Notes: generated from the sequence alone by a model not told the origin. DNA of 64,000 bases from Planctomycetota bacterium (GCA_965223545.1 OZ245006.1:320001-384000); one strand, 5' to 3'; shown: positions 10,952 to 23,016, numbered from the stretch's first letter. Made by a program: numbers and translations.

Positions 10952-11983
10952 ATGGTGCGTCCGGTCCAAAACCCACCGAACCCTTGGGCCCAAACCCACG
11001 TCGATCTCGGCGTGGCGCCCCCAGACGCGCGGCTCGAGGTCTACGAGGAAGAGGCCAAGAGCGTGGTGTCGCGCAACGAGAGCCCCGACGTGCCGTTCAC
11101 GTTCAGCATCAATCCCTATCGCGGCTGCCACCACGGCTGTGCCTACTGCTACGCGCGGCCGACGCACGAGTACTTGGGGTTCGGCGCGGGCACCGACTTC
11201 GAACGGCGCATCGTGGTGAAGACCAACGCAGCCGCATTGCTCGAGGACGCGCTGCGCAAGGGCACGACGCGCGGCGAGGTGCTCGCGTTCTCCGGGGTGA
11301 CCGACTGCTACCAGCCGCTCGAGGCCAGCTACCGGCTGACGCGCCGCTGTCTCGCGGTGTGCGCGCGCTTCGAACAGCCGGTCGGCATCATCACCAAAGG
11401 TGCGTTGGTCGAGCGCGACATCGACCTCCTGTCGGAACTTGGCCGCGTAGCGCGCGCGTCGGTGTTCTTGAGCATCCCGTTCGCCGACGACGCGATGGCG
11501 CAGCGGATCGAGCCCTTCGCGCCGACGCCGACGCGGCGGCTGCGCGCCCTGGCAGCGCTGGCCGAGGCCGGCATCGACTGCGGCGTCGCGGTGGCGCCGA
11601 TCATCCCCGGCCTCAACGACGACCAGATCCCCCGGATCCTGAGGGCTGCGCGCGACGCCGGCGCGCGGCGCGCGTTCCCGATCCTGCTGCGCCTGCCCGG
11701 CAACGTCCGCGCCGTGTTCGCCGAGCGGCTGCACGAGCGCGAGCCGCTGCGGGCAGAACGCGTGCTGCGGTCCACCGCGGCGGCGCGCGGCGGCGACGAC
11801 GCCGGCCAGCACCGGTTCGGCAAGCGGATGGTCGGCAGCGGCCCTCGCTGGGACGCCGTGCGGCAGCTGTTTGCCCTCGAGTGCGCCCGGCTGGGCTACA
11901 GCACGGCCGACGAGCGGCGGTCGATGCCCGAGCCACGACCGGCGCGGCGGCCGCGGCAGCGCGGACTGTTCGGCGACGACTGA
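10952..11983 (+). CDS. Radical SAM protein, PA0069/Rv2578c (SplB-like) family
   Basis: 'SINPYRGCHHGCAYCYARPTHEYLG', 'TDFERRIVVK', 'SGVTDCYQP', 'APIIPGLND'. Confidence 0.9.
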   Translation: MVRPVQNPPNPWAQTHVDLGVAPPDARLEVYEEEAKSVVSRNESPDVPFTFSINPYRGCHHGCAYCYARPTHEYLGFGAGTDFERRIVVKTNAAALLEDALRKGTTRGEVLAFSGVTDCYQPLEASYRLTRRCLAVCARFEQPVGIITKGALVERDIDLLSELGRVARASVFLSIPFADDAMAQRIEPFAPTPTRRLRALAALAEAGIDCGVAVAPIIPGLNDDQIPRILRAARDAGARRAFPILLRLPGNVRAVFAERLHEREPLRAERVLRSTAAARGGDDAGQHRFGKRMVGSGPRWDAVRQLFALECARLGYSTADERRSMPEPRPARRPRQRGLFGDD

Positions 11984-12090
11984 ACCGAACTCGGCACCAG
12001 CCAAGGACATGCGCCCCCATCTTCCACGGCGGCCACGGGCGTTCGTTGACGCGCCCGCACGGCCCGCCTAGCTTGACCGCGACCTTGGTC

Positions 12091-13119
12091 ATGGGAGGCC
12101 TCTTGAACTCACGCAGCACCCCTCGAGCCGCACCTCTGGCTCTGCTCGTCCTCGGCGCATGCGCCACGACCCACCGGCCGGTGGTGGCCCCGCCGACGCC
12201 TGCCGCGGACGGTAGCGCGCCCGCCGCCGTGCCGGCGCGGCCGGCACCGCAGGACTACACCCCGACCGGCCTGTTCGCCGAGGAGCACGGCGACTTCCTC
12301 GCCAAGGCCGATCGCTTCCGGCCGTCGGTCACCGGCACCTTCGCGATGCTGCCCAACGCATCGCTGAACAACGAGCCCGGCGACTTCGACTTGGCGCGTT
12401 TCCAGACCGGAGGTCGGATCCCGTTGGTGATCGACCCCGACTCGGTGTTCCTGGTCGGCGCCCGCGCCGAAGCGCGGCGCTACGAGTTCAGCTCGGGCTT
12501 CGGCGTGCCGGACGAGAACCTCGGCAGCGTCGGCCTCGAGTTCGGCTATGGCCGCTTCCTCAACCGCGACACCTACGCGCACGCGACCTTCGAGCCGGGG
12601 ATCTACTCCGACTTCGAGGGGACCCTGCACCACCAGGACTACAAGTTCTTCGGTGAGGGCCTGGTGGTGTTCCGCTACGCGGAGGATCTCTACTTCAAGG
12701 GCGGCGTGCGGGTCTCCGAGGACTTCGCCGACGCACCGGTCTATCCCATGGCCGGCCTGTCCTGGATCGCCAACGAGCAGTGGCGCGTCGACATCCTGCT
12801 GCCACGGCGCGCCGAGGTTTCCTACCAGCCGCAGACGCCGACGACCTTCTACGCCGGCATCGACCTCGAGGGCCAGGAGTACCACCTGCGCAGCTCGGCG
12901 GCCACCGGCCGGCAGGAGTTCGACTTCCAGGTGCAGGAGATCCGCGTCTACGTCGGCGGCATCCACCGCTTCACCGACCACCTGTCGGCGTTCGGCCGCT
13001 TTGGCGCCGCCGTCGCCGGCGACCACAAGCTGCGCAGCGACAACAACCTCGGCCGGAGGATCAACGGCCAGCTCGACCCGACCCTGCTGTTCGAGGTCGG
13101 CGTCGGCTGGGACTTCTGA
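12091..13119 (+). CDS. Outer-membrane beta-barrel protein (DUF6268-like) with lipobox
   Basis: Lipobox 'LVLGAC', Pro/Ala linker, alternating amphipathic strands, 'PGIYSDF', 'DILLPR', C-terminal 'VGVGWDF'. Confidence 0.7.
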   Translation: MGGLLNSRSTPRAAPLALLVLGACATTHRPVVAPPTPAADGSAPAAVPARPAPQDYTPTGLFAEEHGDFLAKADRFRPSVTGTFAMLPNASLNNEPGDFDLARFQTGGRIPLVIDPDSVFLVGARAEARRYEFSSGFGVPDENLGSVGLEFGYGRFLNRDTYAHATFEPGIYSDFEGTLHHQDYKFFGEGLVVFRYAEDLYFKGGVRVSEDFADAPVYPMAGLSWIANEQWRVDILLPRRAEVSYQPQTPTTFYAGIDLEGQEYHLRSSAATGRQEFDFQVQEIRVYVGGIHRFTDHLSAFGRFGAAVAGDHKLRSDNNLGRRINGQLDPTLLFEVGVGWDF

Positions 13120-13131
13120 CCGCCGGCCCGC

Positions 13132-14775
13132 CTACTCGGCGGGCTTTGCCTCACCCGAGACCGGCGGCACTCCCGCAGCCGGTGGCCCGTCGCCCTTCGG
13201 CGGCGTGCCCTTGGCAACGCCCGGCGTCAGCTTGCTGTCCTTGTCGAGGATGCGGCCCAACGCGTCCGGCATCTCGATGCCGCCGATGTCGCGCATGATG
13301 TTCAGCATCGGCGGCAGCGAGCTCGCCAGCCCTTGCAAGAAGCCCGCGGTGCCACCGTTGCCGTTGCCGCTGCCGGTGTCCCAGACCACGACCTTGTCGA
13401 ACTTGATGTTCTGGATCGCCTTGGCTGCGTTCTCGGACAGCTTCTCCAGGTGCTCGAGGACCAGCAGCTGGAACGCCTCCTGCGCGCCACCGCAGCCGTC
13501 CACGATCTGCCGCAGACCCTCGCCCTTCTTCGCCAGGATCTCGTACTCACCGCGCGCCTGCGCATCGAGCCGCGCGAAGATCGCATCCGCCTCACCCTGC
13601 GCCTCGATCCGGCGCTGATCGCTCAAAGCTTCGGCGTCGACGATCACCTTGGCCTTGTTGGCCTTGGCGACCGCCTCGAGCTCGGCGCGCTTTTCCTGTT
13701 CGATCTTGGTGGCCAGCGCCTGGGCGGCGATCGCCTCGGCCTTGTACTGCGCCTCGAGCACCGAAGCCTCGGCCTCGCGCTTGCGGGTCTCGCCCAGCTG
13801 ATACGCATCGGCCTCGCGCACGCGCAGAGACGCGTTGGCGTCGGCGATCTCGCTCTTGGCGTGGTTCTCGCCGGCGACCGCCTTGGCGTTGGCGTCCGCC
13901 ACCCGCACGCGCATCTCGCGTTCGGCTTCCTTGACCTGCGAGTCACGCTCGTAGCGCGCGGTCTCCTCGCCGATCACCTTGGCCTTCTCCAGGTCGGCGA
14001 CCCGCACCGACTGCTCGCGCTCGGCGTCCTTGGTGCCGATCGTCTGCTCCTTGTGCCGGTTGGCGACCTCGATCGCGCGCTCGCGCTCCGCCTCGGCGAC
14101 ACCGATCGCGCCGCGCTTCTGCTGCACGGCGACATCGATCTCGGCCTGCTGCACCGCGGTGGAGGCGGCCTTGCGGCCGATCGCCTCGATGTAGCCCGAC
14201 TCGTCGGTGATGTCGGTGATGTTGACGTTGATCAGCACCAAACCGATCTTCTCCAGCTCGGGCTCGAGCGAGGTCTGGATCTGCTCCAGGAACTTGTCGC
14301 GGTCGCGGTTGATGTCCTCGATGTTCATCGAGGCGATCACCTGGCGCAGCTGACCGAAGATGATGTCCTCGGCCTGCTTCATGATCTCGCGCGTCTCCAG
14401 CCCCAGCAGGCGGATCGCCGCGTTGTTCATCGTCGCCGGATCGGTGCCGATCGCGACGGTGAACACGCTGGGCACGTTGACGCGGATGTTCTCCGCCGAC
14501 AGCGCCCCCTTGAGCGGCACCTCGATCTGGATCGGATCGAGGCTCAGAAAGCCGTAGTCCTGGATCAGCGGGATGACGAAGGCACCGCCGCCGTGCATGC
14601 AGCGCGCCGAGTGCCCCTCCCGCACCTTGCCGTAGATGACCAGGATCTTGTTGCTGGGGCAGCGCTTGTAGCGCTTGATCAGCAACATCACCAAGCCGAA
14701 CACGAACAGGACCCCGACGACGACGCCGACCAGCAGCCAGACGTCGCTGTTGTTGGTGCCGAATTGTGCGATCAC
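13132..14775 (-). CDS. Flotillin / SPFH domain protein
   Basis: N-terminal TM, 'RYKRCPSNKILVIYGK', 'GGGAFVIPLIQD', 'INVNITDITDESGYI', long AE-rich coiled coil. Confidence 0.92.
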   Translation of the reverse strand: MIAQFGTNNSDVWLLVGVVVGVLFVFGLVMLLIKRYKRCPSNKILVIYGKVREGHSARCMHGGGAFVIPLIQDYGFLSLDPIQIEVPLKGALSAENIRVNVPSVFTVAIGTDPATMNNAAIRLLGLETREIMKQAEDIIFGQLRQVIASMNIEDINRDRDKFLEQIQTSLEPELEKIGLVLINVNITDITDESGYIEAIGRKAASTAVQQAEIDVAVQQKRGAIGVAEAERERAIEVANRHKEQTIGTKDAEREQSVRVADLEKAKVIGEETARYERDSQVKEAEREMRVRVADANAKAVAGENHAKSEIADANASLRVREADAYQLGETRKREAEASVLEAQYKAEAIAAQALATKIEQEKRAELEAVAKANKAKVIVDAEALSDQRRIEAQGEADAIFARLDAQARGEYEILAKKGEGLRQIVDGCGGAQEAFQLLVLEHLEKLSENAAKAIQNIKFDKVVVWDTGSGNGNGGTAGFLQGLASSLPPMLNIMRDIGGIEMPDALGRILDKDSKLTPGVAKGTPPKGDGPPAAGVPPVSGEAKPAE

Positions 14776-14838
14776 TCCGCCTCCTCTTGCTTTGCTTCGA
14801 ATCCCATCAACGAGTCTCTTCTCACCGGCGCCCCGGCC

Positions 14839-15375
14839 TCACAGGGCCTGCACCTCGACCGTGTCCTGCGCCGGCGTCGCCACCACGGTGACCTGCGCCC
14901 CGGTCGGCAGCTCGGCGCCGCGCGTCACCGCCTTGCACTCCAGCCGCCGGCCCTGGACCTCGAGGATCACCTTGCCGAGCCCTTGGTTCTCGGCCGGGAT
15001 CCGCAGGTAGACCTTGCCCTGCACGCCGACCGCCTTGCCGAGGTCGACGTTGCCCTGCGACTGCAGCTTGAGCAGCGCCGTCATCAGGTAGGCGACCAAG
15101 ATCATCGCCACCGCGCCGGCGCCGAGGGCGACCAACAGGACCTGCGTCGGGTCCCAGCCGCGCCCCTGCGCCGCCAGGCCGCCGATGCCGAAGAACGCCA
15201 AGAACGCGACCACCGTCTTGAACGACAAGACTTTGAACGCGACGTCCGCGCCATCGAAGTCGCCGACGTCGGCGACGTCGCCGGCATCGCCGCCGAGACC
15301 GATGAACATCAGGGCGGTCTGCACGACGAGAATCGTGCCTCCCAACGCCGCACACACGAGGTACAGGGTGTCCAT
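14839..15375 (-). CDS. NfeD-like membrane protein (flotillin partner)
   Basis: Three TM segments plus OB-fold C-terminus 'GKVYLRIPA...GKVILEVQGR...A'; directly upstream of the flotillin gene. Confidence 0.85.
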   Translation of the reverse strand: MDTLYLVCAALGGTILVVQTALMFIGLGGDAGDVADVGDFDGADVAFKVLSFKTVVAFLAFFGIGGLAAQGRGWDPTQVLLVALGAGAVAMILVAYLMTALLKLQSQGNVDLGKAVGVQGKVYLRIPAENQGLGKVILEVQGRRLECKAVTRGAELPTGAQVTVVATPAQDTVEVQAL

Positions 15376-15651
15376 ACTTCCTCTTGACGTTGCGCCGCCG
15401 GATGTCGCGCCGCGGCGGCCACTGCGCCACGCCGACCTGTGGCGTGGTGTCCGGGGCTACCTCCGGCTACCCCCCATTATTCAGGAGGCAGTCCCCGGAT
15501 CCCAACACAGAGATGCGCGGCGCCGCATCGCCCCACCGCAACCGGCAGCTGCACCTGCACGCGCTGCGCAATGCGCCGGCCAGCACCTACCGAGCCCGCC
15601 CCGAGGGTGTACCCTCCGGCGACCGACTAGGCCGCACGCGACCATCTTTCG

Positions 15652-16383
15652 ATGAAGCCCTGGAAACGACTCGCCTCAGCCCCGATCCCGGGCACGGAGG
15701 ACACACTCGATCTCTATGGCCGCGACCGTGACTTCTACTTCCGCGTCAACGGCGTCGAGCTGATGAGCAGTCGAATGCACGGCTCGGAGGAGATTCTCGC
15801 CGAGCTCGCGTGCCAACGGATCGCGACCGTAGAAGCCCCACGGCTCCTGATCGGCGGCCTCGGCATGGGCTACACGCTCGCGCGCGCCCTGGCGCGATTG
15901 CCCGAGCCGGCCACGGTCGAGGTCGTCGAGCTGATCGAAGAGGTGATCGCCTGGAACCGCGGTCCGCTGGCCGAACTGACCGCCGCACCGCTCGACGATC
16001 CACGGGTCGCGATCCACCAAGGCGACGTCGCCGCCTACGTGCGCGGCGCACAGGATCGCTACGACGCGATTCTGCTCGATGTCGACAACGGTCCCGCCGG
16101 TCTGACGCGGGCGGACAACGCTCGGCTCTACAGCCGCACCGGCCTGGCGGCGCTGCGCGCCGCCCTGCGTCGCGACGGCGTGTTGCTGGTCTGGTCGGCG
16201 GCCCAAGAGCCGCAATTCCTGCGGCGCGTGCACGGCGCCGGCTTCGCCGTGGAGGAGATCCGGGTGCGTGCACGGCGCGACCGGGGGCCTCGCCGAACCA
16301 TCTACCTGGCGACGCGGGGCGTCGCCCGCGCGCGGCCGCGGCGGGCCGTACCGGGTGCCTCGCACCGGGGTCGCGAGCATTGA
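15652..16383 (+). CDS. Spermidine synthase-like SAM-dependent methyltransferase
   Basis: 'ELMSSRMHGSEE', 'LIGGLGMGYT', 'DAILLDVDNGP', 'VWSA'. Confidence 0.85.
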   Translation: MKPWKRLASAPIPGTEDTLDLYGRDRDFYFRVNGVELMSSRMHGSEEILAELACQRIATVEAPRLLIGGLGMGYTLARALARLPEPATVEVVELIEEVIAWNRGPLAELTAAPLDDPRVAIHQGDVAAYVRGAQDRYDAILLDVDNGPAGLTRADNARLYSRTGLAALRAALRRDGVLLVWSAAQEPQFLRRVHGAGFAVEEIRVRARRDRGPRRTIYLATRGVARARPRRAVPGASHRGREH

Positions 16384-16414
16384 CGCCGTACGCGGCGCGG
16401 CCAACGATGCCTTG

Positions 16415-16876
16415 ATGCCGGCCCATCCCGCGTCGCTGTTCATGCAGGAGCAGATCCCGTTCCACCGCTGGCTCGGGCTGCGGGTCGAGCCGACCGACTC
16501 CGACCGCGCCGCCTTTCGCCTGCCCTGGCGCGACGAGTTGACCGGCAACCCACTGCGGCCGGCGGTGCACGGCGGCGTGCTGGCAACGCTCGCCGACACC
16601 GCCGCGGTCACCGCGGTGTTGATCGCGTTGGCCGACGATCGCGGTCAGCCGACCGCCGGCGACCAGCTCAGCACCGTCGATCTGCGCATCGACTACCTGC
16701 GCGCCAGCCACGGCCGCGATCTGGTCGCCGCCGCCGAGGTCGTCCGCGCCGGGGGCCGGATCGCGGTGGCCAAGGTCGCGATCCACGAGGACGGGCTGCC
16801 GGCAGCCGGTGCGGGTGACCCGATCGCGATCGCGCACTCCGTGTTCGCGGTGCAGCGCCCCAAGTCGGCCGACTGA
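16415..16876 (+). CDS. PaaI family hotdog-fold thioesterase
   Basis: 'PFHRWLG', 'GNP...VHGGVLATLAD', 'STVDLRIDYLR'. Confidence 0.88.
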   Translation: MPAHPASLFMQEQIPFHRWLGLRVEPTDSDRAAFRLPWRDELTGNPLRPAVHGGVLATLADTAAVTAVLIALADDRGQPTAGDQLSTVDLRIDYLRASHGRDLVAAAEVVRAGGRIAVAKVAIHEDGLPAAGAGDPIAIAHSVFAVQRPKSAD

Positions 16877-16901
16877 CGACGCGCGCCCCGCAGGTACGCG
16901 C

Positions 16902-17927
16902 TCAGCCGCCGCGCGTATGCATCTCCAAGCGCGGGTCGCTCCGCAGAGCGTCACGGTCCACCAGCGCACCGCGCTCGGCCACCGTGAGCCGCTCCTCGGC
17001 GCCGCGGTCGCGGCGGCGGCGCCACAGCCCGGCCAGCAAGGCGCTCAGGTTGGCGTCGTCGGCACCATTGCGCAGCGGCCCGCGAAGGTCGAACCCGTCG
17101 CGCGCATACAGACAGCGATACAGCGTCCCGTCCGCGGTCAGCCGCGCGCGATCGCAGCTGCCGCAGAACGGCGCGGTGGTCGACGCGATGACGCCGAAGA
17201 CTTGACCGTCGGGCAGTGCGAAGCGCTGCGCCGGCGCCGAGCCGCGCCCGGCCAGCGGCCGCGGGGCGCCGCGCGCGGCGGCGATCGTGGCCAGAATCTC
17301 GTCCCGCCCGAACACCTGTTCGGGCCGCCAGCGCGTCGCCCCGCCGACGTCCATGTACTCGATGAAGCGCACCTCGGCGTCGTGTTCGCGCCCCAGCTCG
17401 AGCATCGCCAACAGCTCGTCGTCGTTGCTGCCGCGCAGCACGACCATGTTCAGCTTGGTGCCCTCGAAGCCGGCGTCGCGCGCCGCGGCCAAGCCTGCCA
17501 TCACCGCATCCAGCTGGTCCCGGCCGACCATCTCCGCGAACCGCACACGCCGCGTGCTGTCGAGGCTGATGGTGATCCGCTGCAGGCCCGCGCGCCGCAG
17601 GGCGACCGCGTACTCTTCCAACAACACCGCGTTGGTGGTCAGCGCCACGTCGCGGATGCCCTCGATCCGCGCCAGCATGCGCACCAACACCGCCAGCTCG
17701 GCGCGCACCAACGGCTCACCGCCAGTCAGCCGCACGCGATCCACCCCGAGACCGGCGCACACCGTCACGACCCGCGCCAGCTCGTCGAAGGTCAACAGCT
17801 CCCGCCGCGGCAACCAGACGTAGTCGCGCTCGGGCATGCAGTAGCCGCAGCGCAGGTTGCAGCGGTCGGTGACCGACACTCGCAGGCTGCGCATCGGCCG
17901 GGCGTTCACGTCGTGGAGCGCTGGCAT
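16902..17927 (-). CDS. moaA: GTP 3',8-cyclase MoaA
   Basis: 'LRVSVTDRCNLRCGYCMP', 'RLTGGEP', 'RFIEYMDVG', 'PFCGSCDRARLTADG...CL', C-terminal GG. Confidence 0.95.
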   Translation of the reverse strand: MPALHDVNARPMRSLRVSVTDRCNLRCGYCMPERDYVWLPRRELLTFDELARVVTVCAGLGVDRVRLTGGEPLVRAELAVLVRMLARIEGIRDVALTTNAVLLEEYAVALRRAGLQRITISLDSTRRVRFAEMVGRDQLDAVMAGLAAARDAGFEGTKLNMVVLRGSNDDELLAMLELGREHDAEVRFIEYMDVGGATRWRPEQVFGRDEILATIAAARGAPRPLAGRGSAPAQRFALPDGQVFGVIASTTAPFCGSCDRARLTADGTLYRCLYARDGFDLRGPLRNGADDANLSALLAGLWRRRRDRGAEERLTVAERGALVDRDALRSDPRLEMHTRGG

Positions 17928-18050
17928 CGATCGGTTCTCGAGAATGAGCGCGCCGCTCGAACGGCCGCCCAACAGACCGTAGTTCGGTGCTCGAGGCCGG
18001 GCAACCGGGTGCGCCGGCCAGTGCGCGCCAACCCGCCGCGCGGTGCCGGC

Positions 18051-18374
18051 TCAGCCGGTGGCGTCGGTCTTCTGCGCGCGGGTGTGGGCGCGGTTGCGGC
18101 CGCGCACCGCCTTGACCAGCGGGAACTTGACCGTCTTGCCGCCGCGCTCGATGACGATGACGCCGGTCTTGATGGCGCGGGTCGACAGCTTCATGCGCAG
18201 CACGGTGCCGTCCGGGGTCAGCACCCGCACGGTCTGGATGTTCGGCTTGAAGGTGCGCTTGGTGCGCCCCGTCACCCGCCGGCCGACGCCGCCCTTCTTC
18301 TTGGCCAGGCCGCGGCGGGCGACGCGATGGCCGACCCGGGTGCGGCGACCGGTGACTTCACAGACTCGCGACAT
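18051..18374 (-). CDS. rpmB: 50S ribosomal protein L28
   Basis: 'MSRVCEVTG...RRGLAKKKGGVG...RTFKPNIQ...KLSTRAIKTG'. Confidence 0.92.
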   Translation of the reverse strand: MSRVCEVTGRRTRVGHRVARRGLAKKKGGVGRRVTGRTKRTFKPNIQTVRVLTPDGTVLRMKLSTRAIKTGVIVIERGGKTVKFPLVKAVRGRNRAHTRAQKTDATG

Positions 18375-18518
18375 GGAAGGTGGCGTCCTCGATACAGTCA
18401 GGCGAAAGAGGGGCGAGAATGGTAGCGGCGGGGGCCGGCGGGGCAAGCACTGGCCGCAAAACCCTCAAACCGAGCAGCGGCGCGCCGCTCAGAGGGGCCT
18501 TCAGAGATCGGCGGCCGC

Positions 18519-19481
18519 TCAATCCGCGCCCTCCACCGCCGGAGGCAGCTCGGTGCGCAGCGCGCCTTGGCCGGCACGGACCGCGACGATGACGACCCCC
18601 ACCAGCATCATCGACAGGCACAGGACCTGGCCCATCGTCAGCCCGAGCCAGACCGTTCCCAGCGGGTCGTCCGCGTCGCGGAACTGCTCGTCCGGCTGCC
18701 GGTAGTCCTCGATGAGGAAGCGGAACAGACCGTAGCCGAACATGAACAAGGCGCCGTACATCCCGATCCCCAGCGGCTTTCGCTTGGTCCACAAGTAGAC
18801 CCCCAGCAGCACGAGCCCCAGCAGCAGACCCTCGCCGAGCGCTTCGTACAGCTGGCTCGGATGGCGCAGCGGCACCTGGTCCATCACCTCGGCCCACTGG
18901 CCGTTGTCGATCGCCGCGCGCAGCTGGGCCTCGCGGTCGCGCATGCCCTCGCCGCCGATGCCGAGCAGTCGCGAGGCCACCGGATCGGTGGGAAAGCGCA
19001 TCGCCCAAGGCACGCTGGCGTCGGTGACGCGCCCGTACAGCTCGCCGTTGATGAAGTTGGCGCAGCGCACGGCGAAGATGCCCGGGGTCACCGCCAGCGC
19101 GAGGCAATCGAGCAGCCGCAGGGCCGGCACGCGGTGCCGGCGGGCGAACAGGAGGGTGGCGAGGATCACCCCGAGCAGACCGCCGTGGAACGACAGCCCA
19201 CCCTCCCAGACGGCGATCACCCGCCAGCTGGCGAGCAGCTCGGGCCGGTAGAACAGGCAGTAGCCGATCCGCCCGCCGAGCATCACGCCCAAGACCAGCC
19301 AGAACACCAGATCGCCGGCGCGCACGGCGGGCAGCGGGAACAGCCGCGCCCGCGCCAGCCGGACCAGGATCCAGTGGGCGACGACGAAGCCGATGATGTA
19401 GCCGAGGCTGTACCAGCGGATCTGCAGCGGCCCGAGCTCCAGCAGCACCGGGCTCCAGCACGGAAAGAGGATTTCGCCCAT
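18519..19481 (-). CDS. lgt: Prolipoprotein diacylglyceryl transferase
   Basis: 'IRWYSL', 'GGRIGY', 'WEGGLSFHGG', 'RCANFINGELYGR', 'RHPSQLYE', 'RQPD', 'TMGQVL'. Confidence 0.95.
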   Translation of the reverse strand: MGEILFPCWSPVLLELGPLQIRWYSLGYIIGFVVAHWILVRLARARLFPLPAVRAGDLVFWLVLGVMLGGRIGYCLFYRPELLASWRVIAVWEGGLSFHGGLLGVILATLLFARRHRVPALRLLDCLALAVTPGIFAVRCANFINGELYGRVTDASVPWAMRFPTDPVASRLLGIGGEGMRDREAQLRAAIDNGQWAEVMDQVPLRHPSQLYEALGEGLLLGLVLLGVYLWTKRKPLGIGMYGALFMFGYGLFRFLIEDYRQPDEQFRDADDPLGTVWLGLTMGQVLCLSMMLVGVVIVAVRAGQGALRTELPPAVEGAD

Positions 19482-19644
19482 CGGAGAGTTGCGCGCGATG
19501 ATGGGCGACCCGCGCCGAAGAAGCCACACCACCGGCGACTTCGCCGGGAGCCCCAGCCAAAGCCCCAGCCCGGCGGCAGCCGCGGGCCGCGCCAAGTGCC
19601 ATGCCGTTTTTTATGCCGGCAGCGACGATACGCTGGCCGTCGCG

Positions 19645-20484
19645 ATGCTCGACCTGCACCAGAATCTGCGCTCGGTCCTCGACGAACCGGCACGCGCCTG
19701 GCTCGACGGGGCGCGCGAGCGGGTCGCGAACGAGGGCCCGCTGGCCGTCGCCGAGCTGCTGCCGCAGCTGCCGCGCCGGCTCGGCCGCACCACGCTGGGC
19801 GGCGGCCGGGTGACGGTCGGCGACGGCAGCATCGACCTCGACGCCTGGCGCGCCTGCGATGCCGGCGCCCTCGTCCTGTTGCGGCGCGACGACGCGCCCG
19901 ACGCGGTCGAGCTCGATCTGTTCGCGCACGGCGACCTCGAGGAGCGCGCCATGGTGCTGCGCTGCGCCGCAGTCCTGCCGGTGCGCGAGGCCACGGTGCA
20001 GCTGCTCGAAGAGGTCCAGCGCACCAACACCGTCAGCCACGTCGAGGCCGGCGCCCTCGACAGCGACCTGCTGGCGCGCGCGCACGGCACCGGCGGCTTC
20101 GACGCGGACGCCTTCAACCGCCTCATGCTCAAGGTCGCCTTTCTCGACCTGCCGCTGCACCGGGTGTTCGACGCCGAGATGCACGCCAACCCCGAGCTGT
20201 CGCGCATGCTGTGCGGGCTCGCCACCGAGCGCGAGGCGGCCGGCCGCGCGGTGTGGACCGACACCAACTGGATGATTGCGCACGCACCGGCACCGGGCAC
20301 GCTGGCCCGGCTGATCGGCCAGCTCGAACACGGCGACGCGCGCCACCGGCTGGCGGCGGCGCGCGGCTTGGCCCTGCTGCGCAGCGCCGAGGCCCGCCCC
20401 TTCCTGCGCGAGCGCGCCGCGCGCGAGCCGATCGAAGCCATCGAGCGCGTGCTGCGCGCCGCCGGCGACGGCGAGGACGCCTGA
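19645..20484 (+). CDS. eboA: EboA-domain protein with C-terminal HEAT-like repeat
   Basis: 'GDLEERAMVLR', 'RTN', 'FNRLMLKVAF.DLPL...ANPELSRML..LATEREAAGR' match the EboA signature; immediately upstream of an EboB-like gene. Confidence 0.75.
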   Translation: MLDLHQNLRSVLDEPARAWLDGARERVANEGPLAVAELLPQLPRRLGRTTLGGGRVTVGDGSIDLDAWRACDAGALVLLRRDDAPDAVELDLFAHGDLEERAMVLRCAAVLPVREATVQLLEEVQRTNTVSHVEAGALDSDLLARAHGTGGFDADAFNRLMLKVAFLDLPLHRVFDAEMHANPELSRMLCGLATEREAAGRAVWTDTNWMIAHAPAPGTLARLIGQLEHGDARHRLAAARGLALLRSAEARPFLRERAAREPIEAIERVLRAAGDGEDA

Positions 20485-20522
20485 GCAGAGAGCCCGCCCG
20501 AACGCCCTTGAAGGACTGAGTC

Positions 20523-21397
20523 ATGCGCATCTTCGAACCCCACGCCCACATGTTCAGCCGCGTCACCGACGACTACGAGCGCATGGCGCTCGCCGGCGTC
20601 CGCGCGGTACTCGAGCCGGCGTTCTGGCTCGGCCAGAACCGCACCTCGGTGGGCACCTTCATCGACTACTTCGACACGATCATCGGCTGGGAGCGCTTCC
20701 GCGCGCAGCAGTTCGGCATCCACCACTACTGCACGATGGCGCTCAACCCGCGCGAGGCCAACGACGACCGCGTCAACGACGCGGTGATGGAGATCCTGCC
20801 GCGCTACCTGGAGAAGGACAGCGTGCTCGGCGTCGGCGAGATCGGCCTCGACGACCAGACCCAAAAAGAAGAGAAGTACTACATCGCGCAGCTCGAGCTC
20901 GGGCTGAAACACGACCTACCGATCCTGGTGCACACCCCCCACCGCGACAAGATGCGCGGCTTCGAGCGCTGCGTCGACATCCTGCGCGACATGAGCTACC
21001 CGATGGAGCGGGTGCTGCTCGACCACGGCAACGAGGAAACCATCGTCCTCACCCGCGAGCTCGGCTGCTATTCGGGCTTCTCGATCTACCCGCACACCAA
21101 GATGGATCCGCCGCGCATGGTGCGCATCCTGCAGGAGTACGGGACCGAGCGGATGATCATCAACAGCGCCTGCGACTGGGGTGTCAGCGATCCGCTGATG
21201 GTGCCGAAGACGGTGATGAAGATGGAGCAGGCGGGCTTCGACGACGCCGCGATCCACACCTTGGTGTGGGACAACCCGATCGAGTTCTTCAGCCAGGGCG
21301 GCCGGCTGGATCGGACCGCGCTGGAGCGGCCGGCGCAGATCGACCGGCGCGAGACCTGGGACGGCAACTCCGTGCTGCGCGGCCAAGACCCCGACGC

Positions 21398-21401
<4 letters not shown>
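20523..21401 (+). CDS. eboB: EboB-type TatD family metal-dependent hydrolase
   Basis: 'PHAHMFSRVTDDYERM', 'EPAFWLGQ.RT', 'GWERFRA.QFGI.HYC', 'VGEIG', 'HTPHRDK', 'DWGVSDPL.VPKT'. Confidence 0.88.
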
Positions 21402-22984
<1,583 letters not shown>

Positions 22985-22990
22985 GGGCGA

Positions 22991-23016
22991 GACCGCCGGC
23001 CCGGTCCTCGGCGGTC
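22991..23016. terminator. Hairpin between convergent prfC and LolA-like genes
   Basis: GACCGCCG-N10-CGGCGGTC 8 bp stem; no U-tract. Confidence 0.4.

Noticed and set aside
10984..12090. N-terminal extension of the beta-barrel ORF
   Set aside because: It overlaps the radical SAM gene; the signal peptide begins at about 12091.
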